From an uncultured Flavobacteriales bacterium (GTDB lineage Bacteria; Bacteroidota; Bacteroidia; Flavobacteriales_D; Crocinitomicaceae), in the NCBI GenBank assembly GCA_903879765.1, contig CAIRMS010000161.1:1-56757 (forward strand): a stretch of DNA of 56,757 nt, given 5' to 3'. Positions within the stretch are counted from its first letter, which is position 1. Every line of letters starts with the position of its first letter. Under the pieces are notes generated by a model. The model was not told the DNA's origin. It saw nothing but the letters and a program-made list of their open reading frames with translations, and searched no databases. Positions 1 to 9,148 of the stretch are shown one piece after another. Made by a program: the position numbers and the translations under genes.

Positions 1-1
1 C

Positions 2-229
2 CCACTTAAAGCTTACCAAATCAAGTGTCCAAATCATCTTTCTTTAAAAAATGAAATCGAATTACAACTTCTACTAAACACGCATTTTGATGAACTTCAG
101 TTTTACTTGGGAGAGAAACAATTGATGAAAGAGAAAGCTGACGAAGTATTCGATTTAATCATGAAAGGAAGTGAAGTTTGTGAGGATATCTATTTCCAGA
201 AATATACCCAACTCTTTAGTGGAATTTAA
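2..229 (+). CDS. 3' end of a gene that begins upstream of the window (hypothetical protein)
   Basis: Frame 2 is open from the window edge to TAA 227-229 (...EVCEDIYFQKYTQLFSGI*). No start codon in the window and no motif recognised. Confidence 0.4.
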   Translation, partial: PLKAYQIKCPNHLSLKNEIELQLLLNTHFDELQFYLGEKQLMKEKADEVFDLIMKGSEVCEDIYFQKYTQLFSGI

Positions 230-279
230 AAAAATCAACGGTGGGGACATCTTTTTTTGTTTTTCTCCGTTTATAAACA

Positions 280-287
280 TAAATTTG
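280..287 (+). promoter_or_regulatory. Bacteroidota-type -7 promoter box (TAnnTTTG)
   Basis: TAAATTTG lies 30 nt upstream of ATG 317, with a TTG about 20 nt further upstream (257-259). Confidence 0.4.
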
Positions 288-316
288 ACTATTAATTGCC
301 TAAACTATTGTAATCT

Positions 317-967
317 ATGAAAACATTCAAGTTCGCTATTATTGGCTTCGCGCTTGTGTCCTTATTCAGTGCATGTATTGAACACGAGGTTATTCCACCG
401 CCAACGAACAAAGTAGATTTAAATGCGAGTATAGTAGGATATGTGAATGGTACTCAATTTGAATTAACACAAAACGTTAATGGGTACAATGCAACAACAG
501 AAGACACCGCAGTGGTTATCGCATCTCCAGCTTTATCAAAAGTTATTTACACGTCAACTATATTCTCCAACCAAAACGCTCAATCGTTGAGTTTGATGTT
601 TGGAACGCTTGACTATGATGCTTCCACTAACACTGAACCTACCTTAAGTATGTTTAATGATTGGGCTATGACTAACTCAGGAATTCCAATTTTATTCAAG
701 GATAAAGCAACTATGGTGAGTCAGAGTGTTGACGGTGTTCAAGTAACGTACACAGATAACACTGGTAAGGTTTGGTATTCTAGAGAAACAGACCCAGGTC
801 AAGTTGCTAGCTTTACTATTTTAAAACAAGCATCCGATGGAACTGGAGATTATTCTTTATTTGAAGCAACATTTTCTTGTAAAGTTTGGTTCGTCGACCC
901 GCAAACCAGCGTAGAGTCATCCCTAAATATTACCAATGCCAAGTATCGTGCTTGGTTTAAAAGGTAA
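317..967 (+). CDS. hypothetical lipoprotein
   Basis: 216-aa ORF with a signal peptide ending in a lipobox-like LFSAC (Cys20). No other motif recognised. Confidence 0.6.
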   Translation: MKTFKFAIIGFALVSLFSACIEHEVIPPPTNKVDLNASIVGYVNGTQFELTQNVNGYNATTEDTAVVIASPALSKVIYTSTIFSNQNAQSLSLMFGTLDYDASTNTEPTLSMFNDWAMTNSGIPILFKDKATMVSQSVDGVQVTYTDNTGKVWYSRETDPGQVASFTILKQASDGTGDYSLFEATFSCKVWFVDPQTSVESSLNITNAKYRAWFKR

Positions 968-975
968 TTTTATTT

Positions 976-1674
976 ATGAGTGAAGTCCTCAAAATAGCTA
1001 TTATTGGCGATTATAACTTCACCTACAACGCGCATCACGCGACCAATTTATCTTTGGACCACGCATCTGATTTTTTAGAAACAGAAGTAAATTACTACTG
1101 GATAAAAATCAATGAAGCAATTCAACACAAACGCGTATATTTTGAGCAATTTGATGGCGTATGGATTGCACCGGGTCCTTTTCTTAATCACTTCTTTTTA
1201 AATGGTGTATTCAAATTAATTGTAGAGTCCAAAGTCCCCGTTTTTTTAACAGGAGAAGGATATAAATACTTTTTCGAATACCTTATCTCCATTAATCAAT
1301 TGAATCCTTTCGGAGAGAAGTTGATTTCTGATAATTTAATTGAAGGAAACCAATTTGAACGCGTAACGATTTACCCAAAAACAAAGGACATTGTTAAATT
1401 GTATGAGAATTGCAATCATACTGAACTTAGTTCATCTCGCTTCAGTTTATATCCTCAACTCATGGATCAATTAAATGGAAGTTTGATTGATATTGAAGCG
1501 ACGAATCAGTTTGATGATCCGGAGATTGTTACCTTGAGAAATCATCCTTTTTTTATGGCTTGTAGTTTTTGTCCACAGATTTCTTCGACAAGAGACCTAC
1601 CCCATCCATTGATCTATACTTTTTTGAAAATGGCACGGGAACTATCCCCCTCAAAGTTCAGTCAATTGGTTTAG
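976..1674 (+). CDS. CTP-synthase glutamine-amidotransferase-domain-like protein with the catalytic triad substituted
   Basis: The C-terminal NHPFFMACSFCPQISSTRDLPHPLIYTFLKMA aligns by eye with the PyrG GATase end ([19 protein letters not shown]..F). VPVFLTGEGYK sits where PyrG has the GICLGMQ nucleophile motif. Confidence 0.6.
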   Translation: MSEVLKIAIIGDYNFTYNAHHATNLSLDHASDFLETEVNYYWIKINEAIQHKRVYFEQFDGVWIAPGPFLNHFFLNGVFKLIVESKVPVFLTGEGYKYFFEYLISINQLNPFGEKLISDNLIEGNQFERVTIYPKTKDIVKLYENCNHTELSSSRFSLYPQLMDQLNGSLIDIEATNQFDDPEIVTLRNHPFFMACSFCPQISSTRDLPHPLIYTFLKMARELSPSKFSQLV

Positions 1675-4600
1675 GGCTGAATAGTACAGTAAACACCTTA
1701 CAGGTTTTTTAAATATTTCTTCCAGTAATTTAGCATAGGCAACAATTTGTTCCATATGACTTTGATTGATTTTTCCTGTTTTAAAATCAATCACGATGAT
1801 TTCATTAGATTTCACTAAAACTTTATCCGGTTTTTTCACGTCATTTTCGCCAGCTAATATGACCTGTTCATTCAGTGACTTTTCAATGTTTGATAAATAA
1901 TCACCTTCCTCCATTTTCTGCCAAAAAGAAAGAGCGCATTCTCGCAAACGAATTTCATTTTTCTGCTCGATTTGTCCGTCATTCAGTAAGTTCATTAATA
2001 CTGGGTCTGTATCAACTTTCGATTGACAGAGAGACATTACTAAGTGGAAATCATTTCCAAATCGTTGTTCTTCTTGTTGAATTTCTGTTTCTTCCTGAAA
2101 CACTTTTCGAAAGACAATATCAGGGTACCATAATCGTTGACTAAAGTCGACGGGAATGTAAAGATTTTCAGAAGGATCCTCCTTTTCCGAAATTGGTGTG
2201 GTCTGTCCAATTTGCAACAATCCATCTTCCGTCATTCCGAGGTTCAATCCTTCCAATTGATCATGAATCATTGCTCCAAACTTTCCTTTTTCAAAATCAT
2301 TTATCGCGTATAACCTCAATTCTGGACGCGTCATTCCAACATAAAAAAGGTTCATTTTATCCAAAAGAATCAAGTTATTTTCTTCTTTTGCAAAAGCATC
2401 CAATTCGGGTATTTGTTGGTTTTTCCCTGGAAAGGCATACAAAATTTTATCACGTACTTCCATTAAATACCTTCCGTTTGTATTCATCGAAATAGTAAAA
2501 TCCATGTTCGGGATTATCACAACTGGAAACTCTAATCCTTTCGATTTATGAATCGTCATAATTTTCAGTGCAGATTGCGTATCCGGCATTTGTAATGCGA
2601 TTTTGTCTTTTTGAGCATCAAAGTAGTCAAGGAAATGATGAATATCTGTTTGCCGTGCTAGTTGAAATCCATAGATCACATCCATAAAATGATGAAGGGA
2701 TGGTTCTTCTGTTTCTTTCCAATCCATCAATTTCATGAATTTCTGAACCAAATCATAAACACTTTCATAGGTTGCAAAGAAGTTTGATGTGCCGCCGAAA
2801 TGATCAATTAGGAACCGTGTATCATTAAAAACCCGAATAGACTTGCCGTCCTTTTGTATGACTTCGAAATATGCGAGGTAATCTGCGGCAGAATAAGTCC
2901 CTTGAATTCTGAAGTACAATTCGGCAAAGCGCTTTGTCTCCGTCGTTTTCTTTGGGGACGCGCGTCTTCTTAAATAGGAGAGGATCAATTGGACCTGCGC
3001 ATCTTTATAGATCAGAAGAGAATCTTGAGAAACTACTTGATATTTTCTTTCCGTCAAACCAATCGCGAGTGCATTTCCAAGTTTGTTTGTTTCCGTTAAA
3101 ATGCAGATGTCACCGGGTTCGAAACCGGCATGCAAAGATTCCTCTATAAAGCCAATCACTTTTTCTAAGCGTTCATCGAATGTTATTTTTTGTTGGATCG
3201 ATTCGATATGAATATATCCGCTTTTTTGTTGGGTAGGCTCTTGTTTCAAGTCTTGATAGAAATGAGCCATGTTCGCAGGTAAGCACTTTGCTAGTCCTTC
3301 AAAAAGTAGGTTGTTAAATTCAACGATTTCCTTTGCAGAACGGAAATTGGATGGAAGGACGCGTTTTGCACCTCGACTTGCAAAGGTGGCACTTTTAGCT
3401 GCAATTTGGCGGTCATTTTCAGGATTGTAAATTGCTGGTAAACTTACAAATTGTTCAGCGAGCCCATTATTGAATCGATAAATCGATTGCTTTGCATCAC
3501 CTACGATTAAATTCCATCGGTTGTGTGCCAGTGATTCCAACATTAACGGAATTAAATTTAGCCATTGAAGGCGTGAGGTGTCTTGAAATTCATCCAGTAG
3601 AAAATGTTCAAACCGGACTCCTAATCTTTCGTAGATATACGGTGCTTCTTCGTCTCTAACGAGTTTACTAATTAACTTGTTGAATTCAGATATCCGTATC
3701 AGTTGCTCATCGTTCATCATGAGCTGTAGTTGCTTTCCAACATGCTGTAACAACGCCATGTTAAAGAAATTCTTACGGTACAGTTCAATCAAATTAAATG
3801 CTGCTAAATCCGTCAAGTAACGGTCATTCAATCGTATTACATCTTGTTTCAAGGACAATGGAATGGCTAATTTCGAATTTGCCTCCATAAGATTCATCAG
3901 CGTAGCAGAGAATAATCCGTCATTATTTGAATTAATCTTTGGAAAAGCATTCTGCACATTTAGTTTCTCAAAATTCTTGACAGTCGTCCCTTTACCTGGA
4001 ATATCAGAAAGGTTCAACCCTAAATTGAAAAATTCATCGTGAACGTGCTTAGCATCAGCAAGAAAGGATGTTAAAATTTGATTTCGATCTTCGAATAACC
4101 GTTTATAGTTGCCTTTAGTGAGTTCAAGTTCTAATAATTGTTGGATTTTTTCAGCATTTTTTTCCTTGCCAAGCATGGAAGAAAATTCGATTAATTGCCT
4201 ACGAAAATTCCAACTATTTCCTTCTTCTAAATTAGCCTTTGCATATTGATACATCCAATCCGTCAGGTCTTCTGCTCCTGGAGCACCTAATTGATTCATG
4301 AGTAAATCAACGACATCTTCTGTTACTTGTTTTTCATTTAAAACAACTTCAAAATCTGCTGGCAAGTCTAAGTCTCTTGAGAAAGAACGAATCAGTCTGA
4401 GGTTGAATTTATCAATTGTGGATACATGAAAATCTTCATATGCATGTAAAATTCCTTCTAAAGCTAGTTTACTTCGTTTTGTTAATTCTTGAGCCGAAAG
4501 TCCAGTCTGTTTTTCTAAATCAGACCTCATATTCTCTACTTTTTTATTTTCCGGGTCCACATAAGCAATACCAAATAAAGTAGTCAATATTCTTTCCTTC

Positions 4601-4779
4601 ATTTCACTTGCCGCCTTATTGGTAAAGGTCATGGCAACAATGCTCTTAAATTTTCTTTTAAACTGAGTATCTTTCAATAAAATGGTGAGGTATTCAAGTA
4701 CCAATTGATGCGTTTTACCAGATCCAGCTGAGGCACTTAAAACGCTTAAGGGGTGTATGTTTCGATCAATACTTTGCAT
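1651..4779 (-). CDS. UvrD/AddA-type ATP-dependent helicase with C-terminal PD-(D/E)XK nuclease domain
   Basis: Walker A SASAGSGKTHQL, motif II LLDEFQDTS, motif VI TIHKSKGLEFP and a C-terminal IIVIDFKTGK nuclease motif. I prefer ATG 4779 (MQSIDRN...) over the track start at 4908, which would overlap the divergent gene at 4872. Confidence 0.8.
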   Translation of the reverse strand: MQSIDRNIHPLSVLSASAGSGKTHQLVLEYLTILLKDTQFKRKFKSIVAMTFTNKAASEMKERILTTLFGIAYVDPENKKVENMRSDLEKQTGLSAQELTKRSKLALEGILHAYEDFHVSTIDKFNLRLIRSFSRDLDLPADFEVVLNEKQVTEDVVDLLMNQLGAPGAEDLTDWMYQYAKANLEEGNSWNFRRQLIEFSSMLGKEKNAEKIQQLLELELTKGNYKRLFEDRNQILTSFLADAKHVHDEFFNLGLNLSDIPGKGTTVKNFEKLNVQNAFPKINSNNDGLFSATLMNLMEANSKLAIPLSLKQDVIRLNDRYLTDLAAFNLIELYRKNFFNMALLQHVGKQLQLMMNDEQLIRISEFNKLISKLVRDEEAPYIYERLGVRFEHFLLDEFQDTSRLQWLNLIPLMLESLAHNRWNLIVGDAKQSIYRFNNGLAEQFVSLPAIYNPENDRQIAAKSATFASRGAKRVLPSNFRSAKEIVEFNNLLFEGLAKCLPANMAHFYQDLKQEPTQQKSGYIHIESIQQKITFDERLEKVIGFIEESLHAGFEPGDICILTETNKLGNALAIGLTERKYQVVSQDSLLIYKDAQVQLILSYLRRRASPKKTTETKRFAELYFRIQGTYSAADYLAYFEVIQKDGKSIRVFNDTRFLIDHFGGTSNFFATYESVYDLVQKFMKLMDWKETEEPSLHHFMDVIYGFQLARQTDIHHFLDYFDAQKDKIALQMPDTQSALKIMTIHKSKGLEFPVVIIPNMDFTISMNTNGRYLMEVRDKILYAFPGKNQQIPELDAFAKEENNLILLDKMNLFYVGMTRPELRLYAINDFEKGKFGAMIHDQLEGLNLGMTEDGLLQIGQTTPISEKEDPSENLYIPVDFSQRLWYPDIVFRKVFQEETEIQQEEQRFGNDFHLVMSLCQSKVDTDPVLMNLLNDGQIEQKNEIRLRECALSFWQKMEEGDYLSNIEKSLNEQVILAGENDVKKPDKVLVKSNEIIVIDFKTGKINQSHMEQIVAYAKLLEEIFKKPVRCLLYYSALNQLTEL

Positions 4780-4859
4780 ATTTTTTACTGAAATTACCTG
4801 GGTTAACGAATCTTCGGAGGATTTTTTAAAATTAACAACAAAATTTGATTGTTTTAAGG

Positions 4860-4867
4860 TAAATTTG
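4860..4867 (+). promoter_or_regulatory. -7 promoter box (TAnnTTTG)
   Basis: TAAATTTG ends 4 nt before ATG 4872, which implies a very short or absent leader. Confidence 0.35.
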
Positions 4868-4871
4868 TTAC

Positions 4872-5618
4872 ATGAAGAAATTCCTTTATTTAGTAGTCTT
4901 ATCGCCATTACTTTGGAGTTGTGATCCAGATGACCCGAAGCCTGTTGATCCAGTAGTGGAAACAGTGAAGGTAAGCATCAATCCGACCTACGGAACGCAA
5001 CCTTTCTATATGGATTCAGTGTATACCACCGCTGAGGGATACAAAGTGAAATTCACAGAATTGACGTGTTATTTCACGTTAATGGGTAATGGGACTAATC
5101 AATTAATCGAGGCTGCCTTGTTTAACTTTCGTGAAACAGGTTCGCTTTTGGTGTCAAAACCTGCAAATCATTTAAACTATTCGAATCTTACTGGTAAAAT
5201 CGGGGTTGACTCCAGTTTAAACCACCTAGATCCTTCTGCTTTTCCGAATGAAAGTCCTTTAAACATTAGTAATGCGGGATCTATGCATTGGGGATGGAAT
5301 ACGGGTTACATCTTCATGAATATTGAAGGAAAAGTGGATACAATAATTGACGGAACAAATAACCTAGACTTGAGTTTCAGTTTTCATGTGGGGACGGATA
5401 CGTATTTACAATCCTTCAATTTCGAGAATGTCGCTTGGCAAGATAAAGGGAATAATGCTTGGGAATTGCCATTAAAATTAGATTTGGCTAACTTTTTATC
5501 AAATCCTTTAAACCCAATTAACCTCAAAGAGGAACATCTAACGCACACCGCAGCAGGTCAGGAGACTTTAACACAAAAAGTGATACAAAACTTCAAAAAT
5601 GCGCTAACATTAAACTAA
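4872..5618 (+). CDS. MbnP-like periplasmic lipoprotein (partner of the di-haem peroxidase)
   Basis: Signal peptide plus lipobox LLWSC (Cys17), about 250 aa, with a HWGWNTGYIF motif. It is translationally coupled (TAATG) to the di-haem peroxidase immediately downstream, which is the MbnP/MbnH gene order. Confidence 0.5.
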   Translation: MKKFLYLVVLSPLLWSCDPDDPKPVDPVVETVKVSINPTYGTQPFYMDSVYTTAEGYKVKFTELTCYFTLMGNGTNQLIEAALFNFRETGSLLVSKPANHLNYSNLTGKIGVDSSLNHLDPSAFPNESPLNISNAGSMHWGWNTGYIFMNIEGKVDTIIDGTNNLDLSFSFHVGTDTYLQSFNFENVAWQDKGNNAWELPLKLDLANFLSNPLNPINLKEEHLTHTAAGQETLTQKVIQNFKNALTLN

Positions 5619-6688
5619 TGAAATTCGTCATAGTTTTCTCTTTATTGTTTCTTTTCGTAGCTTGTCGTAAAGACAAAGCTGATTATACGCCTACTCCGTA
5701 TCAATTAAAAATTCCATCGCATTTTCCCGATATGATTATTCCATCGGATAATCCTATGACGGCAGAAGGAGTTGAACTTGGACGCTTTTTGTTTTACGAA
5801 AAGCGACTAAGTGGGGACAATACCATGAATTGCGCTTCATGTCACATGCCAGAACACTCCTTTTCAGATCCTAATAAATATTCAGTTGGGATTGATGGTG
5901 TTTTTGGGAATCGTCAATCAATGGCATTAATTAATATTGGGTGGGAGAATTTCTTTTTTTGGGACGGAAGGGAAACGACTTTAGAATCTCAAATCCTTGA
6001 ACCCGTATCAAATCCCATCGAAATGCATCAATCTTGGAAAGATGCCATTCACAAACTGAATTCGGATGTAACTTACCGCAATCGATTTTTCAAAGCATTC
6101 GGAGAGGAAGGAGTAGATTCTGTGAAAGCAACGAAGGCAATTGCACAATTTATTCGTACTATGATTTCTAGTGAATCAAAATTTGATGTCATGTACAAAT
6201 ATGAAAATAATTTGGCCTTAAATTCTTCAGAACAGGCAATGTTATCAACGATTGATTTAGACGAATGGGCAGGTTACGACCTTTTCAAAAGTTTAAACGG
6301 AGCTGATTGTTTTCATTGCCATAACGGACCATTAATGCGCGTTAAGAAATTTAGTAACAACGGACTAGATGCTACGTTTAGTGATTTAGGAAGAGGTGGT
6401 GTGACGCAAAATCCTGAAGAATATGGTAAGTTTAAAGTTACAACACTTCGTAACATTGCTTTTACAGCACCCTACATGCACGATGGGCGATTTACCACAT
6501 TAGATGAAGTAATTGAACATTACTCGAGTGGTATTCATATGAGTCCAACGATAGATCCTCTAATCGAATTCGCCAACCAAGGTGGTGTTCAATTAGATGC
6601 GCAAGAAAAATATTTATTGAAGAGATTTTTACTCACGTTAAGTGATTACAATTTCATCAATAATCCATCATTTAAAGATCCGAATTAA
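5618..6688 (+). CDS. di-haem cytochrome c peroxidase family protein (MbnH-like)
   Basis: Two CxxCH haem motifs (CASCH and CFHCH) and a PYMHDGRFTTLDEVIEHY distal-ligand motif. Has a lipoprotein signal (FVAC). Confidence 0.9.
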   Translation: MKFVIVFSLLFLFVACRKDKADYTPTPYQLKIPSHFPDMIIPSDNPMTAEGVELGRFLFYEKRLSGDNTMNCASCHMPEHSFSDPNKYSVGIDGVFGNRQSMALINIGWENFFFWDGRETTLESQILEPVSNPIEMHQSWKDAIHKLNSDVTYRNRFFKAFGEEGVDSVKATKAIAQFIRTMISSESKFDVMYKYENNLALNSSEQAMLSTIDLDEWAGYDLFKSLNGADCFHCHNGPLMRVKKFSNNGLDATFSDLGRGGVTQNPEEYGKFKVTTLRNIAFTAPYMHDGRFTTLDEVIEHYSSGIHMSPTIDPLIEFANQGGVQLDAQEKYLLKRFLLTLSDYNFINNPSFKDPN

Positions 6689-8106
6689 TGGGAGAAAATA
6701 CAAGACTAACGACAGAGGAAAAGGCATTAAAAATCAATTTAACGCCAGATATTTATGGGTGTTTTGCGGAAATTGGAGCAGGTCAAGAGGTCGCAGCAAA
6801 CTTTTTCAAAGCAGGTGGAAGTTCCGGTACAATTGCTTACACACAATCGGCATATGACATGAAAGTTTCCGACTCCATGTATGGTGAAACAATCCGATAC
6901 GTGTGTGAGGAACGTCTTACAACCATGTTGGAAACAGAGTTCTTGCACCTTCAAGATATTCTGCCCGTTAAAAACAGAGAAGCCCGTTTCTTTGCGTTTT
7001 GTAACACCGTTGAGTCTTTAAATTACCACAAAACAAATCAAGGTCAAGGCTGGGTTGGAATGCGCTTCCAATTAGGGATTGATAAAAAACCTAACAATGT
7101 CATATTGCACATCAAAATGCATGACAATAGCCACAAAGCGCAGCAAGAAGCACTTGGAATATTGGGGGTAAATTTGGTCTATGCATGTTATTTTCAATCA
7201 AGCAATATTGACGAATTTATTGACGGTATTGTTCAGCGACTTCCAAGAGACCGTATGGAAATTGACATGTTGCGCATTTCGGGACCGGACTTTGAGGAAA
7301 TGGATAATCGAATCATCGCATTAAATTTAGTTCGTCGGGGAATAACGAATGCAACAATGTTCGATTTAGCGAAGAATGTCATGCAGCCTTCAACGGCCTT
7401 GTACAAGAAAAATATCTTGTTGATGCGTGGACGTTTTCGTCCAGTTACGAAGGTGCATATCGACATGATTGAAAAGGCTCGAAAGGAGTTTTTGAAAGAA
7501 AACCGAGTAAAAGAAGAGAACTTGGAAGTTGTATTCGAGTTGACCTTAAAAGATTTAACAGCAGATGGAAAGATCTCGGATAAAGACTTCTTAGATCGCG
7601 CTGAATTGTTAGGTTCATTGGGCTATACGGTAATGATTTCAAATTATTTGAAACATTACAAGATGTTAGAATACTTATCAGCAATAGCGAAAGGGAATCT
7701 TGTTGGGGTGATTATGGGCGTTTACAACCTGCACATTATTTTCGATGAGAAATATTATGACAATTTACCGGGTGGATTATTAGAAGCCTTCGGTAGAGGA
7801 TTTGGACACAATGTTAAATTGTATGTGTATCCAGCCATCAATGTTGATTCTGGAGAGCTTTATGGACTTAACAACATTAAGTTACCTGAAAACCTTACTG
7901 GACTCCTTACCTACATGCAAGCGAATGATAAAATTGCGGCGATTCCGGAATACAATGAAAGGCTACTGCATATACTCTCAGATGACGTATTGAGTAAGAT
8001 TAAGTCTGGTGGTGTCAGTTGGGAAGAGGACGTTCCATACGAAGTAGTTCAAGCTATTAAGTTTTTTGAACTGTTTGGTTATCAGAAAAAAGCCGTCTTG
8101 AACTAA
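6688..8106 (+). CDS. conserved hypothetical cytoplasmic protein (472 aa)
   Basis: Long ORF with no signal peptide or TM segment. TAATG-coupled on both sides. I recognise no catalytic motif (N-terminal GCFAEIGAGQEVAANFFKAGGSSG). Confidence 0.6.
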   Translation: MGENTRLTTEEKALKINLTPDIYGCFAEIGAGQEVAANFFKAGGSSGTIAYTQSAYDMKVSDSMYGETIRYVCEERLTTMLETEFLHLQDILPVKNREARFFAFCNTVESLNYHKTNQGQGWVGMRFQLGIDKKPNNVILHIKMHDNSHKAQQEALGILGVNLVYACYFQSSNIDEFIDGIVQRLPRDRMEIDMLRISGPDFEEMDNRIIALNLVRRGITNATMFDLAKNVMQPSTALYKKNILLMRGRFRPVTKVHIDMIEKARKEFLKENRVKEENLEVVFELTLKDLTADGKISDKDFLDRAELLGSLGYTVMISNYLKHYKMLEYLSAIAKGNLVGVIMGVYNLHIIFDEKYYDNLPGGLLEAFGRGFGHNVKLYVYPAINVDSGELYGLNNIKLPENLTGLLTYMQANDKIAAIPEYNERLLHILSDDVLSKIKSGGVSWEEDVPYEVVQAIKFFELFGYQKKAVLN

Positions 8107-9122
8107 TGCCGCACATTAAAAATGCCTTGATTCGTTTTCGCATTATCGATCGGATGTTGCGCAATAAATACAAGCCATACCCAAGTAAATTAGAGCTTCG
8201 GTCCGCTTGTGAAGAATCGCTTTATGGTTCAGATCATGGAAATAATATTTGTGATTCAACCATTGAAAAGGACATGTTTAATATGAAGATGGAGCATGAT
8301 GCGCCCATCAAATACAGTAAACTGCACAAAGGTTATTATTACGAGGATCCAAATTTTAGCATCAATGACATTCCCTTATCGGAAGATGAATTAAGCTCGA
8401 TAAAATTCGCTGTTAAAACATTGCAGCAATTTAAGGAAGTTCCCTTTTTTCAGCAGTTTGGAAATGCCATTGATAAAATTGTAGACCGTGTTTCAATCGG
8501 TGGAAATCCGGAAGATGAAGACATACAGAAATTCGTGCAATTTGAGTCTGTCGTTTCGAGCGGTGGGAATGAATACCTGCCAATGATTCTTGAAGCGATC
8601 CGTGGTAAAAAAATGCTCTGGTTTATCTATGCGAGTTTCGTGAAAGGAGTTGAAAAACCAAGAAAAGTGTCGCCGCTTTTTCTAAAAGAATACCGAAACC
8701 GTTGGTACCTCATCTGTTTCGATAAACTGAAAAATGACATCATCACTTACGCACTAGACCGTATGCAGGACCCGAAAATTCTAGAGGACGAATCTAGTTT
8801 ACCTGTCGATTTTCAACCGGAACTCTATTTCCAAGACACGATTGGCATTACATCTTACAAAGGAAAAGCTGAGCGAATTGTATTCAAAGCCAATCCGATT
8901 GCGGCAAAGTATATTTCTTCGCAACCTTTTCATCAATCTCAGAAACTCACGGCTGAATCCGCAGATTTTAGTATGTTTGAATTAAATGTTTTAGTTTCAG
9001 AAGAATTCATCCGAAATTTGCTGGGATATGCTGGCGAATTAGAAGTCCTTGAGCCAAAAAGTTTACGTAAATCCATGGCAGAACGCGCTAAACAGTTACA
9101 CAAATTATATCAATCGAAATAA
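8106..9122 (+). CDS. WYL-domain transcriptional regulator (N-terminal HTH, WYL, C-terminal extension)
   Basis: N-terminal IRFRIIDRMLRN HTH-like segment and a central YRNRWYLICFD WYL signature. The start overlaps the stop of the upstream gene (TAATG). Confidence 0.8.
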   Translation: MPHIKNALIRFRIIDRMLRNKYKPYPSKLELRSACEESLYGSDHGNNICDSTIEKDMFNMKMEHDAPIKYSKLHKGYYYEDPNFSINDIPLSEDELSSIKFAVKTLQQFKEVPFFQQFGNAIDKIVDRVSIGGNPEDEDIQKFVQFESVVSSGGNEYLPMILEAIRGKKMLWFIYASFVKGVEKPRKVSPLFLKEYRNRWYLICFDKLKNDIITYALDRMQDPKILEDESSLPVDFQPELYFQDTIGITSYKGKAERIVFKANPIAAKYISSQPFHQSQKLTAESADFSMFELNVLVSEEFIRNLLGYAGELEVLEPKSLRKSMAERAKQLHKLYQSK

Positions 9123-9148
9123 GATAATCACACGATAAAAGAAAGATT

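Noticed and set aside
1875-2495. Short ORFs antisense to or nested within long genes. Examples are 1875-2144, 2040-2225, 2193-2495, 2934-3149, 10423-10878, 12644-12982, 22325-22744, 37930-38424, 41415-41768, 52193-52567 and 53604-53978.
   Set aside because: Each lies entirely inside a much longer ORF with clear family motifs on the other strand or in another frame. They have low-complexity or odd composition and no motifs, so they are treated as non-coding shadows.
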